Shown: piece by piece, positions 38,401-48,391 of the stretch
Layout of the letters: every line of letters begins with the position of its first letter
Position numbering within the stretch: position 1 is the first letter of the stretch
Source: an uncultured virus (IMG/VR IMGVR_UViG_3300022926_000002)
Lineage: Duplodnaviria > Heunggongvirae > Uroviricota > Caudoviricetes
DNA: 63,483 bases
Reading direction: 5' to 3' (one strand)
IMG/VR virus record: IMGVR_UViG_3300022926_000002
Notes under the pieces: model-generated
The model's database searches: none
What the model was told of the DNA's origin: nothing
The model's input: the letters and a program-made list of their open reading frames with translations, nothing else
Translations under genes and position numbers: made by a program

Positions 38401-40935
38401 ATATTGTTTTTTACCTTCACGAGCAGCTTCTTTTGGTGTTAGTGCAGGCAATCCTGGTACAACAACTTTTGAAATTTGTAGTTGGTCAGGAGCAATTCTA
38501 GGTGGCACAGGGCTTTCTTCCTCAGTACCTAAGATGTAATCAAATCGCCCAAATGAGTCCACGGCTATAACGTCTATACGTGCCATGTAGTGCTCAATAT
38601 CACAGGTAATTGAATTGCCATTAGATGGAGTAATGAATGTGGATCCAGTAAAGGTTACAGAGGTGTCATCCACTATACCAGAGATAGTTGGTGCACCGCC
38701 TGGCAAAGTCTGAGTATATAGAGCATTTGGGTTCTTATCGACATAAGGTCTAAAGTCAAAACATTCTCTTAGATTATATACTCTTCCGTTATTTGCACGG
38801 TATACTGGAATTTTATTTGATCTATATGAAGTGGATGGCAAATCAGCGTCAGGAGTTGTATCATCAATTCCACCATAACTATTAACGGTAAAGTAATATT
38901 CACCTGATGCGTTATTTAGTTGGAATACTTTTAATTTGATTACAATGTCACCTGCTGGCGGTTTTGGACGACCAGGAATATATTCCATATAAGATATGTC
39001 ATAATAACTATCTTTTTGATTTGTTTTCAGACGGAAACTGTTTGTGTAATCATCACCGTTTGTTGAGTCGGCAATAGAAACAATTTCATATACGTCAGGA
39101 AAACCTAATGTGTATTTTGAAGTTGATGTAGAATAAGTAACTTTAATATACGGTTCAACTGAAAGCTTTGAGTGATTTCCTGCCAATTGAATTCTTTTAT
39201 TAAAATAAACAGTACAGTCACCAGTTGGTGTAGTATTCAAGGCAATTACGAGATTGCTGTCATTAACTGTTGTGGTTGTACCGCCAACAAGAATACGAGT
39301 ATTTGTGCTATCAACAACTACAACGTCATCATTGTTACAGTTAAAATCATCACTAGGACCTGCAGGAATAGTAATTGTTGTTCCTGTTGGTGTAACACTT
39401 GATTCTTTAACACGGCGAGGAATTGACATATCAGTTATTTCTTTCAAACTGAATGTGCCTGTATCAAAAATCATCGGTGCTTGTTTTTGACCTTTAATTG
39501 TTGAACCTGCGGCAATTCCGATATATCCTGTTCCACTCGAAATTCTTTCAACGTCGGCAAATGTTTTTGCGGCATTTGTAATTCTTACACCGAAAATATA
39601 TGCGCGGTCAGGTGTTAAGTTACGAACAAAACATTCACCGATTGTTGCACCTGTTCCGTCTTGGAGGTTGCTTGTGGTAAAGTCAATATCAAGAACACCG
39701 GTAATAGAAGTAACATCAACATAGTTACCATAATTCATTCCAACCGGTTCGTTTTGTTGAATTGTTGTTGAAGTGATTGGAGGAATTGTGAATTCTCTTT
39801 CACCTGCGTTTTCAACTCTAAATCCTTTAACATATGCAACACCTGGGCTAACCAAAGCCTTAAGAAGGTTTTCTTCAGCATCAACGTCATATCGACGGTC
39901 GGGTTTTACGATGAATTTTTCAGCAACATAGTTACCTGACTCTTCATATGTTCGGCGAGCCATTTCTTCACCCAATACATTGAACTGAGTTACATCTCTA
40001 AGCTCAATTGCGTTACCTGTTTCATAACGGATTAGTGTGAAAAAGTCAGAGTCAATATCTGCAGTAGCAGTTGTGAGTGCAACCAAATCAGGTACAAGTT
40101 TTAATCTATCAGCACCAGGTGCGTTTTCATTTCTTGATCCGTTTGCATTATCATATAGTGTAGGATCTTGTAAGAATGAAATAAGTTCTTCATCAACTTT
40201 AAAACCAACATTAACATTATTAGGAAATCTTGAATATTTTTCAACAACTAATGTTTGCTGAGTTGTAAACAAGAAATGACCTTTTTGGAAAATAATACCA
40301 GGTGATGCTTTCAAACCAAACGATTTACCAACTGGGGTAAATCCTGCGCCGGCTACACTGATTGTATCAACAAGTGTCGGGCCAGGTTCAGTTGGGTGAG
40401 GTGCACCACCAACAGTTTTTGAACGGTAAATGGAAAGTGTTTCACCAGCATTGAATTGCTTGATAGTATTAGCGGAGTTAGCCAAATCTTCCGTTGTGTT
40501 TAAGTAATTAACAAAGAAAGTATTTAGATCAGGTGGACGAGTTGTATAACCAATTTGTGCCGAAACGATTTCAGCCTCCAGGCTTGTAGTACCACCTGTT
40601 ACCGTATATACAACATCAACAAGTGTTTTAACACCTGAGATTGTTTCTTCTACTGTTCCGCTAATAAAATCTGTTGGAGTAAAACTCGGTTTCTCACCAA
40701 GCTTAACAAATTCCAATGCATCCAATTGTGTAAAGTTACAACCTTTAATGATTGAACCTTCTTTATAGATGTTATCACCAAATTGTTCAATCTGATTTTG
40801 CAAGATTGTTTGAAGCTGTATTAGCTCTCTTGCTTGAACCGCATATGCGGGTTTAAACAAAACTCTATAGAATTGATTCTCCTGGTCGAAGTCATCGAAG
40901 TATGGAGAAATGTTTAAATTTGTATTAATTGGCAT
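35476..40935 (-). CDS. VrlC-like / DUF4815 large baseplate structural protein
   Basis: N-terminus NLNISPYFDDFD...FYRVLFKP...VQARELIQLQTILQNQIEQFG, internal DPLAQTF, C-terminal FAIKIEL...VPFVKDYRGIAL; adjacent to gp8. Confidence 0.85.
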   Translation of the reverse strand: MPINTNLNISPYFDDFDQENQFYRVLFKPAYAVQARELIQLQTILQNQIEQFGDNIYKEGSIIKGCNFTQLDALEFVKLGEKPSFTPTDFISGTVEETISGVKTLVDVVYTVTGGTTSLEAEIVSAQIGYTTRPPDLNTFFVNYLNTTEDLANSANTIKQFNAGETLSIYRSKTVGGAPHPTEPGPTLVDTISVAGAGFTPVGKSFGLKASPGIIFQKGHFLFTTQQTLVVEKYSRFPNNVNVGFKVDEELISFLQDPTLYDNANGSRNENAPGADRLKLVPDLVALTTATADIDSDFFTLIRYETGNAIELRDVTQFNVLGEEMARRTYEESGNYVAEKFIVKPDRRYDVDAEENLLKALVSPGVAYVKGFRVENAGEREFTIPPITSTTIQQNEPVGMNYGNYVDVTSITGVLDIDFTTSNLQDGTGATIGECFVRNLTPDRAYIFGVRITNAAKTFADVERISSGTGYIGIAAGSTIKGQKQAPMIFDTGTFSLKEITDMSIPRRVKESSVTPTGTTITIPAGPSDDFNCNNDDVVVVDSTNTRILVGGTTTTVNDSNLVIALNTTPTGDCTVYFNKRIQLAGNHSKLSVEPYIKVTYSTSTSKYTLGFPDVYEIVSIADSTNGDDYTNSFRLKTNQKDSYYDISYMEYIPGRPKPPAGDIVIKLKVFQLNNASGEYYFTVNSYGGIDDTTPDADLPSTSYRSNKIPVYRANNGRVYNLRECFDFRPYVDKNPNALYTQTLPGGAPTISGIVDDTSVTFTGSTFITPSNGNSITCDIEHYMARIDVIAVDSFGRFDYILGTEEESPVPPRIAPDQLQISKVVVPGLPALTPKEAAREGKKQYAIKMSSKTVENYTMRDIKSIEKRLEAMEYYIQLNQLETETTNLLITDENGLTRFKNGYIVDPLNNLDLANVQDNEFNASVPFDKKQLQPAVRTFPLDLRLKSTSSASVFPNTDEPEAATLSRDSHISVIKQPYASGFRNAVSNFYKYVGLGDLFPAFDSVQDTVADPVSIDINLVSPFADFLENVQQFIPLTGSIDTGRILREVGGDNNWFPTQVAEVRTWELSATESVVQSDVGEFASNVEFNPFMRSRDVNVYMAGLRPNTRHYFFFDAVDVNAHVFPGTSSNSARAVNRYGAKGDPVVSDANGVIRAVFSIPSETFYCGDRSLEVVDVDTYSEIGSGATSIGTLSYHAWNINVEKTTLTQSTRVPATVGTASMTERNLARRPRPRPEPSDDDDPRPTPPGIRGVDWDPLAQTFFIKGGMGRGSGTIFASKIDLYFKKKSTTQGVTVMLREVVNGYPSTSIIPFSKIHLNPEDVNISDDSSVATTIDFTAPVRLDVEKEYSVVIMPDGCDPNYLLFTSKVGGTDLTPGATNGQAIVQDWGDGVLFTSTNNKAWQSYQDEDLKFTLYRHNFSAATGSITLTQDANEFFTLTTWNGTFKQGERVYREMTISGSTGTQINIPVGSNILTGTTLTDTYNNGDFILVTDTGGGNIDIFEVVSVDSDTQITLNKPSTIIRTNHFHKPVVTGVVSYYNPFEPNLLYLRSSNASGVRIFGTGSTILGLDSGTEATISTVDNVTVSYIQPMIYRSNDTETTTSISGSFVDATNTLNNYTLPMRFGASNHFTNKGNIIYSKSNDTANSRPFDMTISMTNNNNTTSSPFIDLDGSSVIAYQYKITNTEDTSKYVSKTIELKEDLDAEDMEVFVTGYRPAGSDIKLYIKPQNQYDPASFENADWIEMELFEGVGSFSSSANLNDFREFKYRVPATAKNGSGVLEYTNTAGTFTGYRKFAIKIELRSPNQYSVPFVKDYRGIALT

Positions 40936-40948
40936 ATGTTTATCTCTC

Positions 40949-42583
40949 TTAGAATTGCAAGACCAGTTTATATTCTTCTCTTGAAGCGGCGGATCTATTT
41001 AATGGAATAATATCTTCCATAAAGTATACTTCGCCTGATCTTTGAACATAATCGGATGTTATTACATTATCGGCTGTCGGAGTATTTATATTAATTGTCT
41101 GGCCGGACGAAGTGAACAAAGGTAATGATGTGTCTAATGATACCGATGTTCCTGGCTGGTTTTCATATGCGCCCATATACTCTGAAATATAAATCGTGTT
41201 GGCAGTATTATCAACTTCATGGACTTTACCGACAAATACAGTTTCTTGACTGTTATTAACTTGTGTTAGTGTATCATTAACAACGGCGGCAGGCCATTGG
41301 TCAGATACAATAGAAATCCTGTTATCAAATATTGACGGCGCAGTATATGACGGATCAGTGTTTGCCCACTCAGGGTTTTTAACCACACCGATATATGAAT
41401 AACTATTTGTTGCGCCGATTTGGGTATTATCTGTTTCTGTGATATATCCGTAAAGTAATACGTGGCGGGAATGCAGTTCGTTAAGGAAGTTCGTTGCGTG
41501 CCCATTTGTTGGTGACAAGATCGGTCTTAGTTCCGCACGAACATCAATAGATAAAGCATCCTCAGGTTCAAAGTCATATAATGGATCAACAACTCTTGCT
41601 GATATACTATTATATCCTGAACCTGCTTCAATAATGTTAATTTTCGTAATTGAGTTATTTACAATTGTTGGGATTGCTGCTGCACCTGTTCCATCACCAT
41701 TGATTTCAATCTTTGGGAATATTTGAAAACTTGCTGAATCAACAACACCGTCAAATTTTGGATCACCTACAACAAAAACTGTTGCTTTTTGTGTTGAAGC
41801 ATTATATGAATAAGATCCAATATCATACAAAAAGCTTTGGCCGTTAATGTTAGTAATGTAAATTGCCATGCCCGCATAATAATCTGCGATTTCCTGTAAT
41901 GTTGTACCTGTTATAATAAGTTCACCCGCTGATAAAACACCATCTTCAGCAATAACACCATTTTCATATGGATAGCCGTAATTTCCTACAATATTTTCAA
42001 CAAAGATTTGGTCAACCTTTGATCCCGTATCAACATATGACGCATTTGCAGTTGGGTCAACATCAAAGTCACCCATAATAGGAATATAACCGACCGCGTT
42101 ATATGCTTCAAACTCTGATTGTGTTAGTGAATACATAAATTTCCATACATAACCGTCAGCAGTTTCATAAATTTGATTTGGTGTAGCTGCTGAATAGTTT
42201 GGTGGGGTGTCAACTTCACTAAGTTCGTTATTATATAGGCATTTATAAATTCTATAATCACCTGTATCATTACTTGTCGGACCAACAACGGCGTAAAACT
42301 TTTCACCGTCAAGGTTAACACGGTCATCGTATTGAATATAAGTTTGACCTTTTTGCCAAGGATAATATTTAATTAAATATTTTACGTCATCGTTACTAAT
42401 TTGTTTACCGAATAGTGTTTTTTCAAGAAATAAGTTTTTATTATATTGTGAGTCGACCGCGGACAACCTATTAAGCCCAGTTGTAACTGAGGAAACAAAA
42501 ATATAAAAATCATTTGCCTGAATGTCGTCTTTAAACAACCTCAGTGTATCGGTATTTAAATTTGTTGTAAGTACTTCTGACAT
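40949..42583 (-). CDS. gp8: Baseplate wedge subunit gp8
   Basis: YRIYKCLYNN, TADGYVWKFMY and C-terminal SGEVYFME...REEYKLVLQF motifs. Confidence 0.85.
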   Translation of the reverse strand: MSEVLTTNLNTDTLRLFKDDIQANDFYIFVSSVTTGLNRLSAVDSQYNKNLFLEKTLFGKQISNDDVKYLIKYYPWQKGQTYIQYDDRVNLDGEKFYAVVGPTSNDTGDYRIYKCLYNNELSEVDTPPNYSAATPNQIYETADGYVWKFMYSLTQSEFEAYNAVGYIPIMGDFDVDPTANASYVDTGSKVDQIFVENIVGNYGYPYENGVIAEDGVLSAGELIITGTTLQEIADYYAGMAIYITNINGQSFLYDIGSYSYNASTQKATVFVVGDPKFDGVVDSASFQIFPKIEINGDGTGAAAIPTIVNNSITKINIIEAGSGYNSISARVVDPLYDFEPEDALSIDVRAELRPILSPTNGHATNFLNELHSRHVLLYGYITETDNTQIGATNSYSYIGVVKNPEWANTDPSYTAPSIFDNRISIVSDQWPAAVVNDTLTQVNNSQETVFVGKVHEVDNTANTIYISEYMGAYENQPGTSVSLDTSLPLFTSSGQTININTPTADNVITSDYVQRSGEVYFMEDIIPLNRSAASREEYKLVLQF

Positions 42584-42604
42584 TTGTTCACTTCCACTTT
42601 TTCT

Positions 42605-42612
42605 TATTTATA
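42605..42612 (-). promoter_or_regulatory. T4-type late promoter TATAAATA
   Basis: Exact motif about 22 nt upstream of the gp8 start. Confidence 0.8.
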
Positions 42613-42622
42613 TACAATTGGC

Positions 42623-45166
42623 TTATCCTCTTTTCCTAACTCGACCGCGTGGCCATACAATGGAGGCCGACGGTCTTGTTTTGAAATTTACCACTGGAAA
42701 TGACTTCCCAGACACAGGTCTTTGATTAATCCAACGTAAAATTTTATTAGGTGCACCTTGAAGGCTATCGGTATCCATTGGATCATCTGTCTCACTATCA
42801 AACATCTCATCGTATGTTGAAACTGTGTCCAACCAAGCTTGTGCTTCTGTTTGTGTCATATTAGGATCTTGTTGAGCAAGTATAGCTAAAACACCTGCAA
42901 CTTGCGGCCCTGACATACTTGTCCCCTGATATTTACCAAGCCTATAAGTACTGTTTCTGGCATCAGCACCATAACCAGTGTGCAATGATGATTGAATAGC
43001 TTCACCTGCAGCAAAGATATCAACCTGACTTCCACAGTTTGAAAAGATTGCTTTATCTTCAGCTACGTTATTTGACATTGCGCCTACGTTAATTGCATTA
43101 GCAAATCCTGCAGCTGATCCTGTGCCTCGGTGTAGATACCAAAAATAATTAGAGCCATTGTAAGTCATATAATATGTGTTATTATAATCTTGATCTGTAG
43201 ATTTAACTGTTTTCCATGCATCATTACCTGCCGAGCAAACAACTATAATTCCATCATCAATTGCGTCTTGTATATCAGCAAACCTTGATGTGAAATAGTT
43301 CGGTATAGCAAAACCTGATGTTGATGAAGCATAAAAACCGCGGGCCTGCAATTCTGCAGCAGTTAAATCACGCCCAGGATTAAAATCAACACCACGGAAA
43401 TTAACACGAGTTACTAAACCTGTAGTATAATCTCCTGAATAACCAACTTCAATTGATGATCCATAACTGTGATTTGATATTGTTGGATTTTTTCTACCTG
43501 TTGCAGGATTGATTGGTTTTGAATTATGCCATTCTCTCATATAATCCCAAATATTTATGCCGCCGTTTGGGTTTGTGCTATATGGGCTGATGTTATAGAT
43601 ATTAGCATCTCTGGCCCAGCCCTGAGTATTACCAGCAACTGTTCCTGCACAGTGGCAGCCATGGTTATTATCTTGTCTATCCGCGGAATCTGTATAGGAG
43701 CCTGATCTAGGATAATCGTAAGTTCCGGAACCACCGTAATCAAACCAATTTATCTGCTTTATTCTTGGTGCACCGTTTGCTGCTGGTGTATAATATGAAG
43801 GACCGGTATCATTATCCCTAAAAATATCTCTTAAAACAACAAAGTCTGGTTTACTTAACACTGGTTCAAAATATGATTTAAATAGGGCGTACCCTTTCGG
43901 ATTATTAGTTAACATTCCAGATGGAGTTTTTACTGAGTCAGACCATTCCGGTGACAGTGATCCGCCATCCCAAAAAGTACTCATATCCCACATTGACCAG
44001 TTAATTAAATACATATATTCTTTATAAGCTACCTCAGCTGCCTCATCTACTGTTGCCCAATCAGGGGCATAATCAGACGGATCAAAAAATCCGCCATCAA
44101 TAGCTTCTTTCATAGCAAGGTGCAATTCTGTTGTTTGCCAATTAACATTATTAGTTGCTAACCAATTCACAGCTGTTTCAGATCCCGGCACCGCACCCAT
44201 AATACCAAACAAATGTATTGTGTGCATAAGATGTTCTACAAGTTCTTCAATATCTCTATCACCAACCGACGGGCTTGGCCCGCTAATATTAGCATACCAA
44301 ACCATATCGTTATGTACGTGGTTATCTAAAAAATCTACGTATCCTGTATACTGTGCAGCGCCTACATCTGTTAAAAAGTTTGGACTATATTCAGAACCAC
44401 CACCGTATGCAATTCTTTGAACGGCAGGAAGTCCTGCGTGTATAGTTCCTGTATCGCCTTGTAATGTTTTAATTAAATTGATTTGATGGTCTACATTAAT
44501 AAGAGGATATGTTGGATCAATTAACAATGTTACCATTTTGGCAGTTTTTTCTGCCCACATATCAGGTACTGCGGTTTGACCTCCAACTGCGCCCGCAACA
44601 ACCATCTTTAAACCACGAGCTGTTATTTGTCTATCAAATACTGCACCATTTGAACTATTATTTGCTAAAGACGTGTCAACATAATCTGAAACGGTATTTG
44701 TCTGAGCAAACTCTGGATGCGCAGGATCAATATGACCGTCTACAATTACAACATCAACATTTTTACCTGAGGAAGTAATTTCTACATCATCAACTATAAG
44801 GCTTGTCCCAGGATCACCCCAATTGCTTCTATTCAATTCTTCAACGTGCCGTAGCAAACCCCAGTTAGTGTCACCACTATCAGTATTCCAGTCCTTGGCA
44901 AAATCACCGTTAGTAATTTTATATGCTGGTTTTGTTGTAAAGTCAATCAATTCTTTTAAGTCGAGATCCCAAACTCTTGGATCTTGTCGGATCAAATCAA
45001 CTTCATCATCTTCAAGCATATAATGCGTGTTCCGACTAATTGGCCTTTTATCAGAACACTCAACAGCGCGCCCAGGAATATAAAGTTTACCTCCTGGCGT
45101 TTCCATATCATTATAGAAATCTTCAAGGTCTTCTTTATTATGAAGCGTGATAATCCACTCTTTCAT
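42623..45166 (-). CDS. Subtilisin-like S8 serine protease with a large internal domain insertion
   Basis: Triad motifs VVIVDG (Asp near 44740), HGCHCAGTVAG (His near 43663), GTSMSGPQVAG (Ser near 42919), plus oxyanion motif SAGN. Confidence 0.85.
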   Translation of the reverse strand: MKEWIITLHNKEDLEDFYNDMETPGGKLYIPGRAVECSDKRPISRNTHYMLEDDEVDLIRQDPRVWDLDLKELIDFTTKPAYKITNGDFAKDWNTDSGDTNWGLLRHVEELNRSNWGDPGTSLIVDDVEITSSGKNVDVVIVDGHIDPAHPEFAQTNTVSDYVDTSLANNSSNGAVFDRQITARGLKMVVAGAVGGQTAVPDMWAEKTAKMVTLLIDPTYPLINVDHQINLIKTLQGDTGTIHAGLPAVQRIAYGGGSEYSPNFLTDVGAAQYTGYVDFLDNHVHNDMVWYANISGPSPSVGDRDIEELVEHLMHTIHLFGIMGAVPGSETAVNWLATNNVNWQTTELHLAMKEAIDGGFFDPSDYAPDWATVDEAAEVAYKEYMYLINWSMWDMSTFWDGGSLSPEWSDSVKTPSGMLTNNPKGYALFKSYFEPVLSKPDFVVLRDIFRDNDTGPSYYTPAANGAPRIKQINWFDYGGSGTYDYPRSGSYTDSADRQDNNHGCHCAGTVAGNTQGWARDANIYNISPYSTNPNGGINIWDYMREWHNSKPINPATGRKNPTISNHSYGSSIEVGYSGDYTTGLVTRVNFRGVDFNPGRDLTAAELQARGFYASSTSGFAIPNYFTSRFADIQDAIDDGIIVVCSAGNDAWKTVKSTDQDYNNTYYMTYNGSNYFWYLHRGTGSAAGFANAINVGAMSNNVAEDKAIFSNCGSQVDIFAAGEAIQSSLHTGYGADARNSTYRLGKYQGTSMSGPQVAGVLAILAQQDPNMTQTEAQAWLDTVSTYDEMFDSETDDPMDTDSLQGAPNKILRWINQRPVSGKSFPVVNFKTRPSASIVWPRGRVRKRG

Positions 45167-45170
45167 ATTC

Positions 45171-46100
45171 TTAACTCTCCAATTGAAGAACAGTTAATGT
45201 AACTGCGACATTTTCAGTACCACCTGATTTGTTTGTAACCGTGGCATAGATATCTGTACCTGTTGAACAATAACCAATAACTGCAGGGCCAAAATCTACT
45301 TTCTGTCCCGAGGTTGTAATTACCTCGGCAATAACCCCAGCATCTGGTGCAGGATCGGTATTGATAGTTCTAGTTGAATCTGATGAACGCGCAGTCGTGT
45401 CGATATATAATCTAACCCATGCCGCGTGAGATGTTTCAATTGAGTATAATGCATAGCCTTTAAATCCACTTATAGTTAAATTTGCTGTTGCTTCATCTGC
45501 AAGTGATGATGCCGTTGCAGCTTTTGTTGTTCTTGTTTGTAGTGAACTACCGCCACCACCAAGATCTTCAGCATTTGCGAGTTCAACCCACGCACCGGCA
45601 TGAGCATAGTATGCTGCGCCTGTACCGTGTACGTGAGCAAACATACCGTGGTATGAACTTGCATTTGGTAAATCATTTACCGCATCATAGACGTTACCAA
45701 ATAATACTTTGTTCCCGCCCATATCCAAATCAGCACCAACGACCGCGGCAATTGCATCAGAGTCAGTATAAGTTGAACCGCCACCACCTGTTTGGTTAAC
45801 GAATGTAAATGTTCCGTTTCCATCCGTGGAAAGTACTTGGTTTGCTGTTCCGTCGGTAATACCTAAACTCAAAAGTCCCAATGTTTGGAACGTGAAATTT
45901 GCACCACCGTTTGTTGTTAATACTTGGCCGTTTGTTCCGTCAGTAATACCCAACCCTGTTAATGATGTTGGGACAACAATATCATCCAGTCCATCATATA
46001 ACTCAGTAAAGTTGCTATTAGTTTTTTGGAACGCGGTCCTTAAAATATCACCTGTTCCGTCATTGGCGCTTGCGCCGACGCCGATAATTTGCTTGACCAT
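45171..46100 (-). CDS. Structural protein with gp9/gp10-type N-terminal baseplate-attachment segment
   Basis: KQIIGVGASANDGTGDILRTAFQKTNSNFTELY; two GITDGTxxQVLxTxG repeats; YHGMFAHVH motif. Confidence 0.7.
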   Translation of the reverse strand: MVKQIIGVGASANDGTGDILRTAFQKTNSNFTELYDGLDDIVVPTSLTGLGITDGTNGQVLTTNGGANFTFQTLGLLSLGITDGTANQVLSTDGNGTFTFVNQTGGGGSTYTDSDAIAAVVGADLDMGGNKVLFGNVYDAVNDLPNASSYHGMFAHVHGTGAAYYAHAGAWVELANAEDLGGGGSSLQTRTTKAATASSLADEATANLTISGFKGYALYSIETSHAAWVRLYIDTTARSSDSTRTINTDPAPDAGVIAEVITTSGQKVDFGPAVIGYCSTGTDIYATVTNKSGGTENVAVTLTVLQLES

Positions 46101-46123
46101 CTCTATCTCCTATAGCTTTATGC

Positions 46124-46131
46124 TATTTATC
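46124..46131 (-). promoter_or_regulatory. Possible late promoter variant GATAAATA
   Basis: One mismatch to TATAAATA, about 24 nt upstream of the 46100 start, same spacing as the exact copies. Confidence 0.45.
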
Positions 46132-48391
46132 CGTTAACTATGTCAACTGTTATTACACCATTGTCTGCTGTTAGTACCGCGGTATCAACTCGAATGCTTT
46201 GATCCCCAACAATTTGACCTGGGCCAACAACAGGATCACCGCCTGGTATATAATCTTCAGTAATGTTAAACCCAAAGCGGTGTGTTACCACTGCACTAAA
46301 TTCTTTTTGCCATGAAAACTTATCAAACATTTTTGTCCCGGCAAGATGGACAGTGTTTCTTAGTGGTTCTTCATATGTTTCCCTTGATACAACAGATTGG
46401 ATCTCATATGAATATTCTTGGTAATAATCTGAATCTTGCAAACGCATTGATGAGTCAAAGTATTTTAAAGTACCTGCTTGATTTTGTTCATAACCATTTA
46501 AGTGTGAATTCTTTTCAGCCCAGAAACCTGATGTTGTACCTTGAGTTCTTGCTGATGCTGTACCTTTTGCTTGAATAACGCCGTCATCATCTGTGATAAA
46601 GACAGACTCATTATCAACATATCCAAGGCCTGAATTATAAACATCAACCCCGGTAATTCTACCTCTTGTGAAAAATGTTTCAGTTTCCATGTCGGCGTTT
46701 TCACCAGCTTTTTCTGAATCATAATCGCGGTATACTACAAGTGGCGTATAGGTGTTACCTTTATGAGTAATAACATTTGTGCTATCAAAACCGTAATACG
46801 AATATGCTCTCACATTAAGATATGACTTTTGAGAATTAATACCAGTAATAATTCCGCTCACACCTGAAACTGCTTGTGTAATTGTATCACCGACTGAAAA
46901 CCCTGAACCAAATGTAGTAAAAGAAATAATCTGTTCAAACCTATCAAAGATATTTGTTGTGTAATCTCGAATGATTGCAAACGCATCATTGGTATAATTT
47001 GTACCTGGGTTAATGTTGATAAATTCGTTAATCGTTCCCATTTCAAATGCTTGAAGTGCAAACGCCTGATTAATTGGTGTTGCTAATGTTACTGGATCGG
47101 CAGTACCTGACATTGGTTGTAGTGCAGGTGGTACGGTATTATAATTTGTACTATTAATTAAAACATTCGTAAAGTCACCAATAATATCAGTAATCAGATT
47201 AGCTGTTTCTATATTTGACAATGACCCAACTTGAACATCGGTTGCAGGTGTGTTATTTTCAGGTAGGATTGGTCCAGGAGATGTTGAGTTTTTAGCAGAA
47301 ACTGTAAGAACACCAGGAAGATTAAAATTAATTGCTCTATCGTTTGTTCCGATTTCTCTTGATATATCAAAACTGTCACCCGGGTTCATTCTTACACCAA
47401 CCGCGGTTGAATTTTGACCTGTAACAGTACCAACGTTTGATGCAGTATCGGTAAGTGTTTCACCTACAATAAAATCTAAATCTGGGTTTGGTAAAACAAT
47501 AACTTGATCTGAAACTAACAGGCTCGTGCCTGCAATTGTATAACCCCAACCGCCGTCAGTTAAGTTATATTGTATTTCACCTTTTCCGATATCAGAAACT
47601 TCAGTAACAATAACTTTACCAGCAACACCAAGATTGCTTTCTACATTATATAACTGTCCTACTAAATTTCCTTCTGTCCCGCCATAAAGTGCATCAATTT
47701 CAATATCGGAAAGTGACCCGTTAACACGACCGAATGAAACTTCTTCACCGTTAATTTTAGCAACAATGTCATCGTATTTTTGAAACTGTCCTTTTGGATT
47801 ATTGATATAAACAATAGGAAGGATTGTTTTGTTTAATAGAATAAAGTTAATTTTATCAACAACCGCTTTAGCACCTGATACGGCACCACGAATGTTTTTA
47901 TTAATAACATCAGAATAAGAATATACTAATCCTTCGGCACTTGTAAAGCTACCATTATTTGGGATCATTTGTAGATAAGTACCATTCTTCCATTGAGAGT
48001 CTGATACTTTAAACATATGCTTTGCGGGATATTCAACCTTTGCATTCTCGGCATAAAATATTCTAAAGAATAACTTAATGCCACCTTCAGTACCTTTTGC
48101 TCGGTACAGATCAAGGATATTTTTTACAATAAACCGTACCTCGGCATTTGGCATAAGAGGCAGATCTTGTAGGAATGTCTTTTGAAAAAATACCAGCATT
48201 TCCTGAATAGTTGTTGTAATATCACGGTATTCAAACATACGACGAGAATTATACGTCGCATTATTTGTTTCAGTTTCAAGGAACCTGTAATAATCTTCAA
48301 CTAATTGAATAAGTTCCGCGCCATCTTCACGATAAATGCCGGGAAACTGTTGCCTAATTCTAAATGCTATATTTTTTTCTATTTCAGACAT
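46127..48391 (-). CDS. gp7: Baseplate wedge initiator gp7-like
   Basis: QQFPGIYRE, LYRAKGTE...LFFRIFY and LQDSDYYQEYSYEI...VHLAG motifs; follows gp6. Confidence 0.75.
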   Translation of the reverse strand: MSEIEKNIAFRIRQQFPGIYREDGAELIQLVEDYYRFLETETNNATYNSRRMFEYRDITTTIQEMLVFFQKTFLQDLPLMPNAEVRFIVKNILDLYRAKGTEGGIKLFFRIFYAENAKVEYPAKHMFKVSDSQWKNGTYLQMIPNNGSFTSAEGLVYSYSDVINKNIRGAVSGAKAVVDKINFILLNKTILPIVYINNPKGQFQKYDDIVAKINGEEVSFGRVNGSLSDIEIDALYGGTEGNLVGQLYNVESNLGVAGKVIVTEVSDIGKGEIQYNLTDGGWGYTIAGTSLLVSDQVIVLPNPDLDFIVGETLTDTASNVGTVTGQNSTAVGVRMNPGDSFDISREIGTNDRAINFNLPGVLTVSAKNSTSPGPILPENNTPATDVQVGSLSNIETANLITDIIGDFTNVLINSTNYNTVPPALQPMSGTADPVTLATPINQAFALQAFEMGTINEFININPGTNYTNDAFAIIRDYTTNIFDRFEQIISFTTFGSGFSVGDTITQAVSGVSGIITGINSQKSYLNVRAYSYYGFDSTNVITHKGNTYTPLVVYRDYDSEKAGENADMETETFFTRGRITGVDVYNSGLGYVDNESVFITDDDGVIQAKGTASARTQGTTSGFWAEKNSHLNGYEQNQAGTLKYFDSSMRLQDSDYYQEYSYEIQSVVSRETYEEPLRNTVHLAGTKMFDKFSWQKEFSAVVTHRFGFNITEDYIPGGDPVVGPGQIVGDQSIRVDTAVLTADNGVITVDIVNG

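Noticed and set aside
43775..44704. Intein or intron in the S8 protease
   Set aside because: No intein-type start, terminal His-Asn or LAGLIDADG/HNH motif was seen and the frame is continuous, so it is treated as a domain insertion.
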